Shown piece after piece: positions 51,002-51,141 of a DNA stretch of 51,141 bases. Position 1 is the stretch's first letter. Each line of letters starts with the position of its first letter. The notes below the pieces were generated by a model. That model was not told the origin of the DNA. It did not search any database and worked only from the letters and a program-made list of their open reading frames with translations. The stretch lies in the sequence record DRR723986_13746; one strand, 5' to 3'. The position numbers and the translations under genes were made by a program.

Positions 51002-51111
51002 CAGTCCAATTACGACAATGATCTGGCAAAAAGCAAGGCCAAGAAGTCAATTTGAAAGGTTTTAAGTCACCATTTGGTGGTTAAATTTTCTGAAAATTTT
51101 CAGGGAAATAT

Positions 51112-51141
51112 GATTCCGTAGCTCAGCTGGTAGAGCAATAC
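51112..51141 (+). tRNA. tRNA gene, 5' part only (possibly tRNA-Lys; anticodon outside window)
   Basis: GATTCCG-TA-GCTC-AGCTGGTA-GAGC-A-ATAC: acceptor 5' strand, T8A9 and canonical D-arm. The isotype is a guess from resemblance to Bacteroidota tRNA-Lys. Confidence 0.85.

Noticed and set aside
23721-51050. Other overlapping short ORFs inside housekeeping genes (e.g. 28981-29436, 37516-38064, 47196-47627, 48845-49219)
   Set aside because: They are antisense shadows of well-supported genes.

Overview
Chromosomal window from a Bacteroidota genome (gene content and TAnnTTTG promoters suggest Cytophagales, Algoriphagus-like; this is inference). Bases 1-22154 are one uninterrupted minus-strand ORF that the ORF track missed because its stop lies beyond the left edge. 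It encodes a giant secreted protein of at least 7384 aa: a signal peptide, 3 DUF11-type domains and about 64 DUF7507/DUF11-like Ig-fold repeats. The repeats show subtypes, EF-hand-like Ca loops, a duplicated multi-domain block 11 domains apart and dibasic linkers. The middle of the window is mostly housekeeping genes (ltaE, GDPD, ECF sigma/anti-sigma, lpdA, fabG, pruA, yjjG, aminopeptidase P, pafA, hmgA). Its intergenic regions hold nested REP-like palindromes, and there is an unannotated GxxExxY nuclease pseudogene bracketed by inward-facing inverted repeats. Bases 41192-50217 form a divergent glycoside 3-dehydrogenase / 3-ketoglycoside utilisation cluster. The window ends in the 5' part of a tRNA gene. 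All calls come from reading the sequence and family knowledge; no database searches were run.
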